A stretch of 55,310 nucleotides of DNA from Actinomycetes bacterium (GTDB lineage: Bacteria > Actinomycetota > Actinomycetes > JACCUZ01), in contig DASVBJ010000128.1 of the NCBI GenBank assembly GCA_036375895.1, positions 1 to 55,310 on the forward strand. Direction: 5' to 3'. Under the pieces are notes generated by a model. It was not told where the DNA came from, did no database searches, and saw only the letters and a program-made list of their open reading frames with translations. Shown here piece after piece: positions 37,396 to 47,280 of the stretch. Position numbers and translations under genes: made by a program. Each line of letters begins with the position of its first letter. Position 1 is the stretch's first letter.

Positions 37396-38798
37396 TCCCG
37401 CTGACCGTCGCCGAGATCGCGGCCGCCGTGGGTGGGCGGCCGATCGGCTTTCCGGACCCCGGCGCGGTCGTCGTCGACGGCCCGGTGGTGATCGACAGCC
37501 GGGCGGCGGCGCCGGGCGGGCTGTTCGTCGCCGTGGTCGGCGAGCGCGCCGACGGCCACGAGTTCGCCGACGAGGCGCGGGCGCGCGGCGCGGTCGTGCT
37601 CTCGCACCAGGACACGTCGGGCCCCGAGGTCATGGTCGACGACGAGACGGTGCCGGCGCTGGGGCGGCTGGCCCGGGCCGTGCTCGCCCGGCTGCCCGAC
37701 CCGCTCGTCGTCGGGCTGACCGGCTCGTCCGGCAAGACGAGCACCAAGGACCTGGTCGCCCACCTGCTGGAGTCGCTCGGCCCGACCGTCGCGCCGAAGG
37801 GCTCGTTCAACACCGAGTTCGGGGTGCCGCTCACGGTGCTCTCGGCGGAGCGGGACACCCGCTACCTGGTCATCGAGATGGGCGCGCGGGGCGCCGGCCA
37901 CATCGCCTACCTGTGCGACGTCGCGCCGCCCCGCATCGGGGTGGTGCTCAACGTCGGGGCCGCGCACGCCGGGGAGTTCGGCGGCCGGGAGGCGACGGCC
38001 CGGGCGAAGAGCGAGCTGGTGCAGGCCCTGCCCGCCGCCGCCGCGGGCGGGGTCGCGATCCTCAACGACGACGACCCGCTGGTCCGCGAGATGGCCGCGG
38101 TCACGACCGCCCGGGTGGTGCGGTTCGGCCGGGGTGAGGCTGCCGACGTCCGGGCCGAGGACGTGGTGCTCGACGGGCAGGCCCGTGCGGCGTTCCTGCT
38201 GGTCACGGGCCACGGTTCGGCCCCGGTGCGGCTGCGCCTGTACGGTGAGCACCAGGTCTCCAACGCGCTGGCGGCGGCGGCCGTCGCCCTCGAGCTGGGT
38301 ATGCCGGTCGAGGCGGTGGCCGCGGGTCTCGGGGACGCCCGACCGCGCAGCCGCTGGCGGATGGAGGTGACCGAGCGCCCGGACGGCGTGACGGTCGTCA
38401 ACGACGCCTACAACGCCAACCCGGAGTCGGTGCGGGCCGCGCTGCAGGCCCTGGTGGCGATGGCGGCCGGCGGTCGGACCTGGGCGGTGCTGGGCGAGAT
38501 GCTCGAGCTCGGCGCGTCGTCCGCCGAGGAGCACGCGGCCGTGGGCGCGCTGGTGTCCCGGCTCGGCGTGTCGCGGCTGGTGGTCGTGGGCGACGGTGCC
38601 CGCGCCATCCAGGACGGCCGCACGGGGCAGGAGCTGGATGCTGACGGAGAGGAGTCGGTCTTCGTGCCGGACGCGGATGCCGCGCTCGCGCTGCTGCGTG
38701 ACGAGGTGCGCCCGGGGGATGTCGTGCTGGTCAAGGCCTCGCGCCGGGCCGGGCTGGAGCGGGTCGCCGAGGGGCTGCTCGAGGGGGTCGAGGCATGA
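37392..38798 (+). CDS. murF: UDP-N-acetylmuramoyl-tripeptide--D-alanyl-D-alanine ligase MurF
   Basis: [15 protein letters not shown]-loop. ATGA overlap with murE. Confidence 0.92.
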   Translation: MIPLTVAEIAAAVGGRPIGFPDPGAVVVDGPVVIDSRAAAPGGLFVAVVGERADGHEFADEARARGAVVLSHQDTSGPEVMVDDETVPALGRLARAVLARLPDPLVVGLTGSSGKTSTKDLVAHLLESLGPTVAPKGSFNTEFGVPLTVLSAERDTRYLVIEMGARGAGHIAYLCDVAPPRIGVVLNVGAAHAGEFGGREATARAKSELVQALPAAAAGGVAILNDDDPLVREMAAVTTARVVRFGRGEAADVRAEDVVLDGQARAAFLLVTGHGSAPVRLRLYGEHQVSNALAAAAVALELGMPVEAVAAGLGDARPRSRWRMEVTERPDGVTVVNDAYNANPESVRAALQALVAMAAGGRTWAVLGEMLELGASSAEEHAAVGALVSRLGVSRLVVVGDGARAIQDGRTGQELDADGEESVFVPDADAALALLRDEVRPGDVVLVKASRRAGLERVAEGLLEGVEA

Positions 38799-39853
38799 GG
38801 CAGGTCCTGCTGGCCGCCTCGCTCGGGCTCCTCGTGTCGCTGTTCGGCACGCCGATGGCGATCCGCATGCTGGTGCGCCGGGGCTACGGCCAGCTCATCC
38901 GCGACGACGGGCCGACGTCGCACCACACCAAGCGCGGCACGCCCACGATGGGCGGCGCGGTCATCATCATCGGGGCGCTGGTGGGCTACGGAGGCGCCCA
39001 CCTCGTCACCTGGCGGGAGACGAGCGTCTCCGGGCTGCTCGTGCTGTTCCTGATGACCGGGCTGGGGCTGGTCGGCTTCATCGACGACTACATCAAGGTG
39101 GCCAAGCAGCGCAGCCTCGGCCTGCGGGCCAACGCCAAGCTCATCGGCCAGTCGGTGGTGGCGATCACCTTCGCGATCCTGGCGCTGCAGTTCCCCGACT
39201 CCACCGGCTACACCCCGGCCTCGACCGACATCTCCTTCATCCGCGACACCGGCATCACCCTCGGGTCCGTGCTGTTCGTCGTCTGGGCCTACGTGATGAT
39301 CGCCGGCACCTCCAACGGCGTGAACCTCACCGACGGCCTGGACGGGCTCGCCACCGGCGCCTCGGTGATGGTGTTCGCCTCCTACGTGCTCATCGGCGTC
39401 TGGCAGTTCGGGCAGAACTGCGCGACCACGTTCGAGTCGAAGTGCTACGAGGTGCGCGACCCGCTCGACCTCGCCGTCGTGGCGGCCGCGGTGATGGGCG
39501 CCTGCTTCGGCTTCCTGTGGTGGAACGCCGCCCCCGCCAAGATCTTCATGGGGGACACGGGGTCGCTCGCCCTCGGCGGCGGCCTCGCCGGGATCGCGAT
39601 CACCAGCCGCACCGAGCTGCTGCTGATCCTCGTCGGTGGCCTGTTCGTGCTGATCTCGCTGTCGGTGATCGTGCAGGTCGGCTTCTTCAAGCTCACCGGG
39701 AAACGGGTGTTCCGCATGGCGCCGCTGCAGCACCACTTCGAGCTGGTCGGCTGGGGCGAGGTCACGATCGTCATCCGCTTCTGGATCATCGCCGGCCTGC
39801 TCGTGGCGCTCGGCCTGGGCGTCTTCTACGCCGAGTGGGTCACGGGCACGTGA
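38795..39853 (+). CDS. mraY: phospho-N-acetylmuramoyl-pentapeptide transferase MraY
   Basis: [25 protein letters not shown] and the polytopic [13 protein letters not shown] overlap with murF. Confidence 0.95.
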   Translation: MRQVLLAASLGLLVSLFGTPMAIRMLVRRGYGQLIRDDGPTSHHTKRGTPTMGGAVIIIGALVGYGGAHLVTWRETSVSGLLVLFLMTGLGLVGFIDDYIKVAKQRSLGLRANAKLIGQSVVAITFAILALQFPDSTGYTPASTDISFIRDTGITLGSVLFVVWAYVMIAGTSNGVNLTDGLDGLATGASVMVFASYVLIGVWQFGQNCATTFESKCYEVRDPLDLAVVAAAVMGACFGFLWWNAAPAKIFMGDTGSLALGGGLAGIAITSRTELLLILVGGLFVLISLSVIVQVGFFKLTGKRVFRMAPLQHHFELVGWGEVTIVIRFWIIAGLLVALGLGVFYAEWVTGT

Positions 39854-41256
39854 GCTGGCTCGACGACGCCCGCGCCGACGGCGCCTGGCGCGGCGTGCGC
39901 GTGTGCGTCGCCGGCATCGGGGTCTCCGGCGCGGCCGCGGCCCGGGTGCTCGCCGCCCGCGGGGCGCGCGTCACCGCGGTCGACGGGCGCGACGGCGAGC
40001 AGGAGCGGGCCCGGGCGGTGGAGCTCGCGAGCCTCGGCGTCGAGTGCCGGCTCGGCGGCTCCGCGGCCGAGGCCGTCCCGGACGGCACCGAGCTGCTGGT
40101 GACCTCGCCGGGCTGGCGCCCCGACCAGCCGCTGCTCGCCGCCGCCGCCACGGCCGGCGTGCCGGTGTGGGGCGAGGTCGAGCTGGCCTGGCGGCTGCGC
40201 GACCCGGCCGTGCCGTGGCTCGGGGTGACCGGCACCAACGGCAAGACCACGACGGTGCAGATGCTCGAGTCGATCCTCGTGGCGGCCGGCTGCCGGGCCG
40301 TGGCGGCCGGCAACGTGGGGCTGCCGCTGCTCGACGCGGTGCTCGCCGACCCGGCGTACGACGTGATCGCCGTCGAGGTGTCGAGCTTCCAGCTGCACTG
40401 GACCGAGTCCGTCCGGTTCCACGCCGGGGCCGTCCTCAACGTCGCGCCGGACCACCTCGACTGGCACGGGTCGATGGCCGCGTACGCCGAGACCAAGGCG
40501 CGCATCTGGCGTGGTGCCCGCTGGGCGCTGGCCAACGCCGACGCGCCGGAGACCGTGCGGCTCGCCGGTGACCGCGAGGGAGTCGTGACGTTCACCCTCG
40601 GCGAGCCGGCGGCCGGCCAGCTCGGGGTGTCCGGCGGCCGGCTCGTCGACCGCGCCTTCGGGGACGGCGACGAGGTCGTTCTCGCCGCGGTCGTGGACGT
40701 CCGGCCGCCGGCACCGCACAACCTCGCCAACGCCCTGGCCGCCGCCGGGCTGGCACGGGCCCTGGGCGTCCCGGCCTCCGCGGTCCGCGACGGGCTGCGC
40801 GCGTTCGCACCGGGCGCGCACCGGATCGCGCTCGTCGGCACCGTCGCCGGCGTCGACTACGTCGACGACTCCAAGGCCACCAACCCGCACGCCGCGGCGG
40901 CGTCCCTGGCCGCCTACGGCAGCGTCGTCTGGGTCGCCGGCGGGCTCGCGAAGGGGGCCCGGTTCGAGGACCTGGTCGAGGGCGCGGCCGGGCGGCTGCG
41001 CGGCGTCGTCCTGCTCGGCCGGGACCGCGCGCTGGTCGCCGAGGCGCTGGCGCGACACGCGCCGGATGTCCCGGTCGTCGACGTGCCCGGCACCGACACT
41101 GGAGCCATGGACGACGTGGTGCGCGCCGCGGCCGGCCTCGCCCGCCCGGGCGACACCGTGCTGCTGGCTCCTGCCTGCGCGTCCATGGACATGTTCAGCA
41201 GCTACGCCGAGCGCGGTGACGCGTTCGCGGCCGCCGTGGGGCGGCTGTCGACATGA
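39850..41256 (+). CDS. murD: UDP-N-acetylmuramoylalanine--D-glutamate ligase MurD
   Basis: VAGIGVSG Rossmann motif and [19 protein letters not shown] overlap with mraY. Confidence 0.92.
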   Translation: MSWLDDARADGAWRGVRVCVAGIGVSGAAAARVLAARGARVTAVDGRDGEQERARAVELASLGVECRLGGSAAEAVPDGTELLVTSPGWRPDQPLLAAAATAGVPVWGEVELAWRLRDPAVPWLGVTGTNGKTTTVQMLESILVAAGCRAVAAGNVGLPLLDAVLADPAYDVIAVEVSSFQLHWTESVRFHAGAVLNVAPDHLDWHGSMAAYAETKARIWRGARWALANADAPETVRLAGDREGVVTFTLGEPAAGQLGVSGGRLVDRAFGDGDEVVLAAVVDVRPPAPHNLANALAAAGLARALGVPASAVRDGLRAFAPGAHRIALVGTVAGVDYVDDSKATNPHAAAASLAAYGSVVWVAGGLAKGARFEDLVEGAAGRLRGVVLLGRDRALVAEALARHAPDVPVVDVPGTDTGAMDDVVRAAAGLARPGDTVLLAPACASMDMFSSYAERGDAFAAAVGRLST

Positions 41257-42494
41257 GCGGGGCCGACATGAGCGGGGCCGACAGGCCGGAGCAGTCGCTG
41301 CTGCACCGGGCGGCCACTCCCTACTACCTGCTTCTCGGCGCCACGTTGCTGCTGCTCGCCCTCGGGCTGGTCATGGTGTTCTCCGCGTCCAGCGTCGTCG
41401 CGTTCAAGTACCTCGGGTCCTCGTACGCCATCGTCAGCAAGCAGGCCATGTGGCTGGCCATCGGGCTGCCGCTGGCCTGGCTGTCCTCCCGCCTGCCGGT
41501 GCGGGCCTGGCGGGCGCTGGCCTACGTCGGGCTGACCGCCTCCGTGGCCCTGCTCTGCCTCGTCGTGATCTCCGGCACCGAGGTGAACGGCAACAAGAAC
41601 TGGCTGGAGTTCGGGGGACCGTTCCGGATCCAGCCCTCCGAGCTGGCCAAGCTCGCCCTGATCATCTGGGGGGCCGACCTGCTGGCGCGCAAGCGCAGGC
41701 TGCTCACCCAGTGGAAGCACCTGCTGGTGCCGCTGGTGCCGGTCGGCGCCCTGGTGATCGGGCTGGTGCTGCTCGGGGGCGACCTCGGCACGGCCATCAT
41801 CCTGATCGCGATCCTGGGCTCGCTGCTCTACGTGGCCGGCAGCCCGCTGCGGCTGTTCGTGGCGTTCGCGGTGCCCGCGCTGCTGGTCGTGGCCGTCATG
41901 GTCAACAACAGGGCGGCGCGGCTGTCGCGCATCACCAGCTGGCTGGACCCGTCGATGGACCCGCAGGGCGCCGGCTGGCAGGCGCTGCACGGCAAGTTCG
42001 CCCTCGCGTCCGGCGGCTGGTGGGGGGTCGGGCTGGGCGGCTCGAAGGAGAAGTGGGGCTCGCTGCCCGAGGCGCACACCGACTTCATCTTCGCGATCAT
42101 CGGCGAGGAGCTGGGGCTGGTCGGCACCGTCGCCGTGCTCGTGCTGTTCGGGCTGGTCGGCTACGCCGGGCTGCGGGTCGCGGTGCACGCCAAGGACCCG
42201 TTCGTGAGCTACGCCTCGGCCGGCGTCACCGCATGGATCCTGGTGCAGGCGCTCATCAACGTGGGTGCCGTGCTCGGCATCCTGCCGATCACCGGCGTCC
42301 CGCTGCCGCTGGTCTCCTACGGCGGCTCGGCGCTCGTCCCCACCATGCTCGCGCTCGGCATGCTGCTGTCCTTCGCCCGGCCGCGACCGGAGCCGGCGAG
42401 GCGGCCGGCGCGCGGCGCGGTGCCCGGTCGGGGCGCGTCACGCCCCGGCGTACGAGGCCGGCCGCCGGTCCCCGCCGCCAGGGTCGGGAGGTAA
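41253..42494 (+). CDS. ftsW: SEDS-family peptidoglycan glycosyltransferase / lipid II flippase FtsW
   Basis: 10-TM SEDS pattern with RIQPSELAKLALIIW, PEAHTDFIFAIIGEELG and LPLVSYGGSA. ATGA overlap with murD. Confidence 0.92.
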   Translation: MSGADMSGADRPEQSLLHRAATPYYLLLGATLLLLALGLVMVFSASSVVAFKYLGSSYAIVSKQAMWLAIGLPLAWLSSRLPVRAWRALAYVGLTASVALLCLVVISGTEVNGNKNWLEFGGPFRIQPSELAKLALIIWGADLLARKRRLLTQWKHLLVPLVPVGALVIGLVLLGGDLGTAIILIAILGSLLYVAGSPLRLFVAFAVPALLVVAVMVNNRAARLSRITSWLDPSMDPQGAGWQALHGKFALASGGWWGVGLGGSKEKWGSLPEAHTDFIFAIIGEELGLVGTVAVLVLFGLVGYAGLRVAVHAKDPFVSYASAGVTAWILVQALINVGAVLGILPITGVPLPLVSYGGSALVPTMLALGMLLSFARPRPEPARRPARGAVPGRGASRPGVRGRPPVPAARVGR

Positions 42495-42497
42495 CCC

Positions 42498-43592
42498 GTG
42501 CACGTCGTCATCGCCGGGGGAGGCTCCGCCGGCCACATCGAGCCGGCCCTGGCCGTCGCCGACGCCCTGCGCCGGCGCGACCCCGAGATCGGGGTCACCG
42601 CGCTCGGCACGGAGCGGGGCCTCGACACCCGCCTCATCCCGGCCCGGGGCTACGAGCTGGCGCTGATCCCGCCGGTGCCGATCCCGCGGCGGCCGGGCAT
42701 CGACCTGCTCCGGGTCCCGGCCCGGCTGCGGGCCTCGGTGCGGGCCGCGGCCGACGTGCTGCGCGACCGGCGGGCCGACGTCCTGGCCGGCTTCGGCGGG
42801 TTCGTCGCCGGTCCCGCCTACCTCGCCGCCCGCCGGCTCGGCGTGCCGATCGTCGTCCACGAGGCCAACCCGCGCCCCGGGTGGGCGAACCGGCTGGGCG
42901 CGCGGTTCACGCCGCACGTGGCGGTGACCTTCCCCGGCACGCCGATCGCCCACGGGCAGTACGTCGGGCTGCCGATCCGCCGGGCGGTCGCCACCCTCGA
43001 CCGCGCGGCCGTGCGCGCCGAGGCGCGGGCGGCGTTCGGCCTGGACCCGGACCGCACCACGCTGCTGGTGACCGGAGGCTCGCAGGGCGCCCGCCGCCTG
43101 AACCTGGCGGCGTCCGGCGCCGCGGCCGACCTCGCGGCGGCGGGTGTGCAGGTGCTGCACGCCACCGGGCCGAACAACACGGTCGAGGTGGACCGGCCGG
43201 CCGGCGCCCCGCCGTACGTCGTCGTGCCCTACCTCGACCGGATGGAGCTGGCCTACGCCGCCGCCGACCTGGCCCTGTGCCGGGCCGGCGCGAACACCGT
43301 GAGCGAGATGGCGGCCGTCGGCCTGGCCGCCGCCTACGTGCCGCTGCCGATCGGCAACGGCGAGCAGGAGCTGATCGCCCGCCCGGTGGTGGCCGCGGGC
43401 GGGGGACTGCTCGTCGACGACCAGGACTGCACGCCCGACTGGGTGCGCTCGACGCTGACCCCGCTGCTCGCCGACCCGCAGCGATTGGCGACCATGGGAG
43501 CCGCCGCCGCACGCTTCGGTCGGAGGGACGCCGACGAGCGGCTCGCCGACATGGTCCTCGCCGCCGCGCGGGAGAAGGGAGATCGTCCGTGA
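42498..43592 (+). CDS. murG: UDP-N-acetylglucosamine--N-acetylmuramyl-(pentapeptide) pyrophosphoryl-undecaprenol GlcNAc transferase MurG
   Basis: VVIAGGGSAGHIEPALAV, LLVTGGSQGA and AGANTVSEMAAVG. Confidence 0.92.
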   Translation: MHVVIAGGGSAGHIEPALAVADALRRRDPEIGVTALGTERGLDTRLIPARGYELALIPPVPIPRRPGIDLLRVPARLRASVRAAADVLRDRRADVLAGFGGFVAGPAYLAARRLGVPIVVHEANPRPGWANRLGARFTPHVAVTFPGTPIAHGQYVGLPIRRAVATLDRAAVRAEARAAFGLDPDRTTLLVTGGSQGARRLNLAASGAAADLAAAGVQVLHATGPNNTVEVDRPAGAPPYVVVPYLDRMELAYAAADLALCRAGANTVSEMAAVGLAAAYVPLPIGNGEQELIARPVVAAGGGLLVDDQDCTPDWVRSTLTPLLADPQRLATMGAAAARFGRRDADERLADMVLAAAREKGDRP

Positions 43593-45010
43593 GCGCGGTT
43601 CCGGCACCGGCCGAGACCGTCCCCGCTGAGCAGCTGGGCAGGGTGCACTTCGTGGGCATCGGCGGTGCGGGCATGTCCGGCATCGCCCGCATCCTGCTGG
43701 CCCGCGGCATGACCGTCTCGGGCAGCGACGCCAAGGAGTCCGTGGCGCTGGCCGCGCTGCGCGCCCTGGGCGCGACGGTGTACGTCGGGCACCGGGCCGA
43801 GCAGGTCGCCGACGTCGACACGGTCGTGGTGTCCAGCGCGATCCGCGACAGCAACCCCGAGCTGGTCGCCGCCCGTGAGCGGGGGCTGCTCGTGCTGCCG
43901 CGCGCGGCGGCGCTGGCCTCGGTGATGTCCGGCCGCCGGGCCGTGGCGGTGGCGGGCACGCACGGGAAGACGACGACGACCTCGCTGCTGACCGTGGCGC
44001 TGCAGCACTGCGGCGCCGACCCGTCGTTCGCGATCGGCGGGCATCTCAACGAGTCGGGGGCCAACGCCCACAACGGCACCGGTGACCTGTTCGTCGCCGA
44101 GGCCGACGAGAGCGACGGCTCGTTCCTGCTCTACGAGCCCGAGGCGGCCATCGTCACCAACGTGGAGCCCGACCACCTCGACCACTACGGCAGCGCGGAG
44201 GCGGTGGCCGACGCGTTCGTCGCGTTCGCCAAGCGCATCCGCCCCGACGGCTTCCTGGTGACCTGTGCCGACGACCCGGGCGCCTGCGCGCTCGCCGAGT
44301 CGGCGCGTGGCCTGGGCGTGCGGGTGCTCACCTACGGCGAGAGCGAGGAGGCCGACGTCCGGGTGGCCGACCTGGTGACGAGCGGCGCCACGTCGAGGTT
44401 CGAGCTGGTGGTCCGGGGACGGCGGCTGGGCCCGCTCACGCTGCACATCCCGGGCCGGCACAACGCGCTGAACGCGGCGGCGGCGCTCACCGTCGGCCTC
44501 GAGATGTCCCTTCCGCTCGCGCACCTGCGGGAGGGCATCGAGGGCTTCTCGGGCACGCGGCGGCGGTTCGAGCTCAAGGGCGCCGCGGCCGGCGTGCGCG
44601 TCTATGACGACTACGCGCACCATCCGACCGAGGTCCGGGCGGTCCTGCACGCGGCCCGCGAAGTCGCCTCACCGGGGCGGGTGGTGGCGGTGTTCCAGCC
44701 GCACCTCTTCAGCCGGACCCAGGCCTTCGCCGCCGAGTTCGGCGAGGCGCTCGGGCTGGCCGACGAGGTCGTGGTGATGGAGGTGTTCGCCGCCCGGGAG
44801 GACCCCGTGCCCGGCGTCACCGGCGCGACGGTGGCAGCGGCGGTGCCGCTGGGGCCGGAGCACGTGACCTTCGAGCCGTCCTGGTCGGCCGTCGCCGGCC
44901 GCCTGGCCGGGCTGGCGGAGCGCGGCGACATCGTCATCACGATCGGCGCGGGAGACGTGACGATGATCGGCCCGGAGGTGCTCGCCCGTCTCGAGGACGC
45001 CGGGGCGTGA
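43589..45010 (+). CDS. murC: UDP-N-acetylmuramate--L-alanine ligase MurC
   Basis: FVGIGGAGMSGIA and AVAGTHGKTTTTSLL. GTGA overlap with murG. Confidence 0.92.
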   Translation: MSAVPAPAETVPAEQLGRVHFVGIGGAGMSGIARILLARGMTVSGSDAKESVALAALRALGATVYVGHRAEQVADVDTVVVSSAIRDSNPELVAARERGLLVLPRAAALASVMSGRRAVAVAGTHGKTTTTSLLTVALQHCGADPSFAIGGHLNESGANAHNGTGDLFVAEADESDGSFLLYEPEAAIVTNVEPDHLDHYGSAEAVADAFVAFAKRIRPDGFLVTCADDPGACALAESARGLGVRVLTYGESEEADVRVADLVTSGATSRFELVVRGRRLGPLTLHIPGRHNALNAAAALTVGLEMSLPLAHLREGIEGFSGTRRRFELKGAAAGVRVYDDYAHHPTEVRAVLHAAREVASPGRVVAVFQPHLFSRTQAFAAEFGEALGLADEVVVMEVFAAREDPVPGVTGATVAAAVPLGPEHVTFEPSWSAVAGRLAGLAERGDIVITIGAGDVTMIGPEVLARLEDAGA

Positions 45011-45729
45011 ACGTCTCGACCAGCTCCGCCCGCCGGTTCGCCCGGCGGGTCTGGGCCCGGCGCTGGTCCCGGGTCAAGGTGATCCTCGTCGGGCTCGCCG
45101 TGGTGGCGGTGGGCGTGCTCGCCGGCTGGGTGGTGCTCTACTCGTCCCTGCTCGCCGTGCGCCAGGTCGAGATCGTCGGGACCAGCCGGGTGTCCACCGC
45201 CCAGGTCGAGGCGGCGGCCGCGGTGCCGACGGGCACCCCGCTCGCGCGCATCGACCTGTCCTCGGTGGCCGGGCGGGTGCGCAGCATCCCGGCCGTGCGC
45301 GACGCGACCGTGTCGAGGCGGTGGCCGCGGGCGGTGGAGATCGAGGTACGGGAGCGGGTGCCCGCCGCGGTGCAGGCGAGGGCACCGTCGTACGTCCTGG
45401 TCGACCGCTCGGGCGTCGCCTTCGACACGGTGCCGAGCCGGCCGCCGGGCCTGCCCCTGGTCAGCGCCCCGGCGGACGCCGGCCCGCCGGCGCTGCGGGC
45501 GGCGCTCGACGTGCTCGCCGCCACGCCGCCCGCGCTGCGGCCCCAGGTGCTCGAGGTGCGGGCCGGCGGGCCCGAGCAGGTGACGTTGCTGCTCACGAAG
45601 GGCCGCACGGTCGTGTGGGGGAGCCCGGACCGGGGAGCGCGCAAGGCGACCGTCCTGGCCGCGCTGCTGACCCGCCGCGCGACGGTGTACGACGTGAGCG
45701 CGCCGGACGCCCCGACGACCAGCAGGTAG
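45007..45729 (+). CDS. ftsQ: cell division protein FtsQ (POTRA domain)
   Basis: An N-terminal TM helix is followed by POTRA-like VRQVEIVGTSRVSTAQVEAAA...WPRAVEIEVRER. GTGA overlap with murC. Confidence 0.85.
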   Translation: MNVSTSSARRFARRVWARRWSRVKVILVGLAVVAVGVLAGWVVLYSSLLAVRQVEIVGTSRVSTAQVEAAAAVPTGTPLARIDLSSVAGRVRSIPAVRDATVSRRWPRAVEIEVRERVPAAVQARAPSYVLVDRSGVAFDTVPSRPPGLPLVSAPADAGPPALRAALDVLAATPPALRPQVLEVRAGGPEQVTLLLTKGRTVVWGSPDRGARKATVLAALLTRRATVYDVSAPDAPTTSR

Positions 45730-45814
45730 CCGACACGCCGCGCCCCCGGCGTGTCGGGGCGTCGGTCGTTGAATCGGCCCGCGGGCGCACCTACGGTCCC
45801 TACCAACCTCGAAG

Positions 45815-45843
45815 TTGACATAACTATAAGGCTCAACTTGAGG
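45815..45843 (+). promoter_or_regulatory. AT-rich patch with a TTGACA hexamer upstream of ftsZ (candidate promoter region)
   Basis: gaagTTGACAtaactataaggctcaacttgagg is the least GC-rich stretch I saw in the dcw cluster. No convincing -10 sits at canonical spacing. Confidence 0.25.
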
Positions 45844-45894
45844 GTGAGGGTTCCGATCGGCACACAGCGCAGGAACGAGACGAGGGGCACCGAC

Positions 45895-47235
45895 GTGGCA
45901 GCACCGCAGAACTACCTCGCGGTCATCAAGGTCGTCGGCATCGGCGGCGGTGGTGTGAACGCGGTCAACCGCATGATCGAGGTCGGCCTCAAGGGTGTCG
46001 AGTTCATCGCGATCAACACCGACGCCCAGGCTCTGCTGATGTCCGACGCGGACGTCAAGCTCGACGTGGGCCGCGAGCTCACCCGCGGGCTCGGCGCCGG
46101 CGCCGACCCCGACGTCGGCCGCAAGGCCGCCGAGGACCACGCGGAGGAGATCGAGGAGGTCCTCAAGGGGGCCGACATGGTCTTCGTCACCGCGGGCGAG
46201 GGCGGCGGCACCGGCACCGGCGGCGCCCCGGTCGTGGCCCGCATCGCCCGCTCGCTCGGCGCGCTCACGATCGGCGTCGTGACCCGGCCGTTCGGCTTCG
46301 AGGGCCGCCGCCGGGCCAACTCCGCCGAGAGCGGCATCGCCGAGCTCCGCGACGAGGTCGACACCCTCATCGTCATCCCCAACGACCGGCTGCTGTCGAT
46401 CTCCGACCGCAACATCAGCGTGCTCGACGCCTTCAAGTCCGCCGACCAGGTGCTCCTGCAGGGCGTCTCGGGCATCACCGACCTCATCACCACCCCCGGC
46501 CTGATCAACCTCGACTTCGCCGACGTGAAGTCGGTGATGTCCGGAGCCGGCTCGGCGCTCATGGGCATCGGCTCCGCGCGCGGCGACAACCGGGCGGTCG
46601 AGGCGGCCGAGATGGCCATCTCCAGCCCGCTGCTGGAGGCGTCGATCGACGGGGCGCACGGCGTGCTGCTGTCGATCTCCGGCGGCTCCGACCTCGGGCT
46701 GTTCGAGATCAACGAGGCCGCGCAGCTGGTCGCCGAGGCCGCCCACCAGGAGGCCAACATCATCTTCGGCGCGGTCATCGACGACGCCCTGGGCGACGAG
46801 GTCCGGGTGACCGTCATCGCCGCCGGGTTCGACGGCGGCACCCCGCGCCGCTCCGCGCCCGCGCCCGCCCGCCGGGCCGAGGGCTACGGCGCCGGTGCGG
46901 CCACCTCCACCCCGACGCCCGAGCCGACGTACCGCCCCAGCCCGACGCCCGAGCCGACCTACCGCCCTAGCCCGTCGCCCGAGCCGACCTACCGCCCCAG
47001 CCCCTCCCCGGCCGTGACGGCGGAGCCGCGGACCGCCGACCCGCTCGCCGACCCGCTGCCCGACCGCCCGGTCGAGCCGGTCCAGGCCGGCAGCAACGGC
47101 CACGGCGACGGCTCGCACATCACCCTGCCCCGCACCGAGGAGCGCGTCGACGCCTACCGGCAGCCGCCGCGGCCGTCGCGCACCATCGTCTTCGACGACA
47201 ACGACGACCTCGACGTCCCCGACTTCCTGAAGTAA
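45895..47235 (+). CDS. ftsZ: cell division GTPase FtsZ
   Basis: GTG is preceded by [23 protein letters not shown] and [13 protein letters not shown] (tubulin signature). C-terminal [10 protein letters not shown] peptide. Confidence 0.95.
   Translation: MAAPQNYLAVIKVVGIGGGGVNAVNRMIEVGLKGVEFIAINTDAQALLMSDADVKLDVGRELTRGLGAGADPDVGRKAAEDHAEEIEEVLKGADMVFVTAGEGGGTGTGGAPVVARIARSLGALTIGVVTRPFGFEGRRRANSAESGIAELRDEVDTLIVIPNDRLLSISDRNISVLDAFKSADQVLLQGVSGITDLITTPGLINLDFADVKSVMSGAGSALMGIGSARGDNRAVEAAEMAISSPLLEASIDGAHGVLLSISGGSDLGLFEINEAAQLVAEAAHQEANIIFGAVIDDALGDEVRVTVIAAGFDGGTPRRSAPAPARRAEGYGAGAATSTPTPEPTYRPSPTPEPTYRPSPSPEPTYRPSPSPAVTAEPRTADPLADPLPDRPVEPVQAGSNGHGDGSHITLPRTEERVDAYRQPPRPSRTIVFDDNDDLDVPDFLK
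46921..47010 (+). repeat. three tandem 30-bp repeats in the FtsZ C-terminal linker
   Basis: Units: gagccgacgtaccgccccagcccgacgccc / gagccgacctaccgccctagcccgtcgccc / gagccgacctaccgccccagcccctccccg. They encode (EPTYRPSP[T/S]P)x3. Confidence 0.9.
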
Positions 47236-47247
47236 GCCGGGAAGTAA

Positions 47248-47265
47248 GCCGGGACCCCTCCCGGC
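47248..47265 (+). terminator. short hairpin just after the ftsZ stop (possible attenuator)
   Basis: GCCGGGA-cccc-TCCCGGC, a 7-bp stem with no U-tract. Confidence 0.2.
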
Positions 47266-47280
47266 GCGGAGAGGTGAGGG

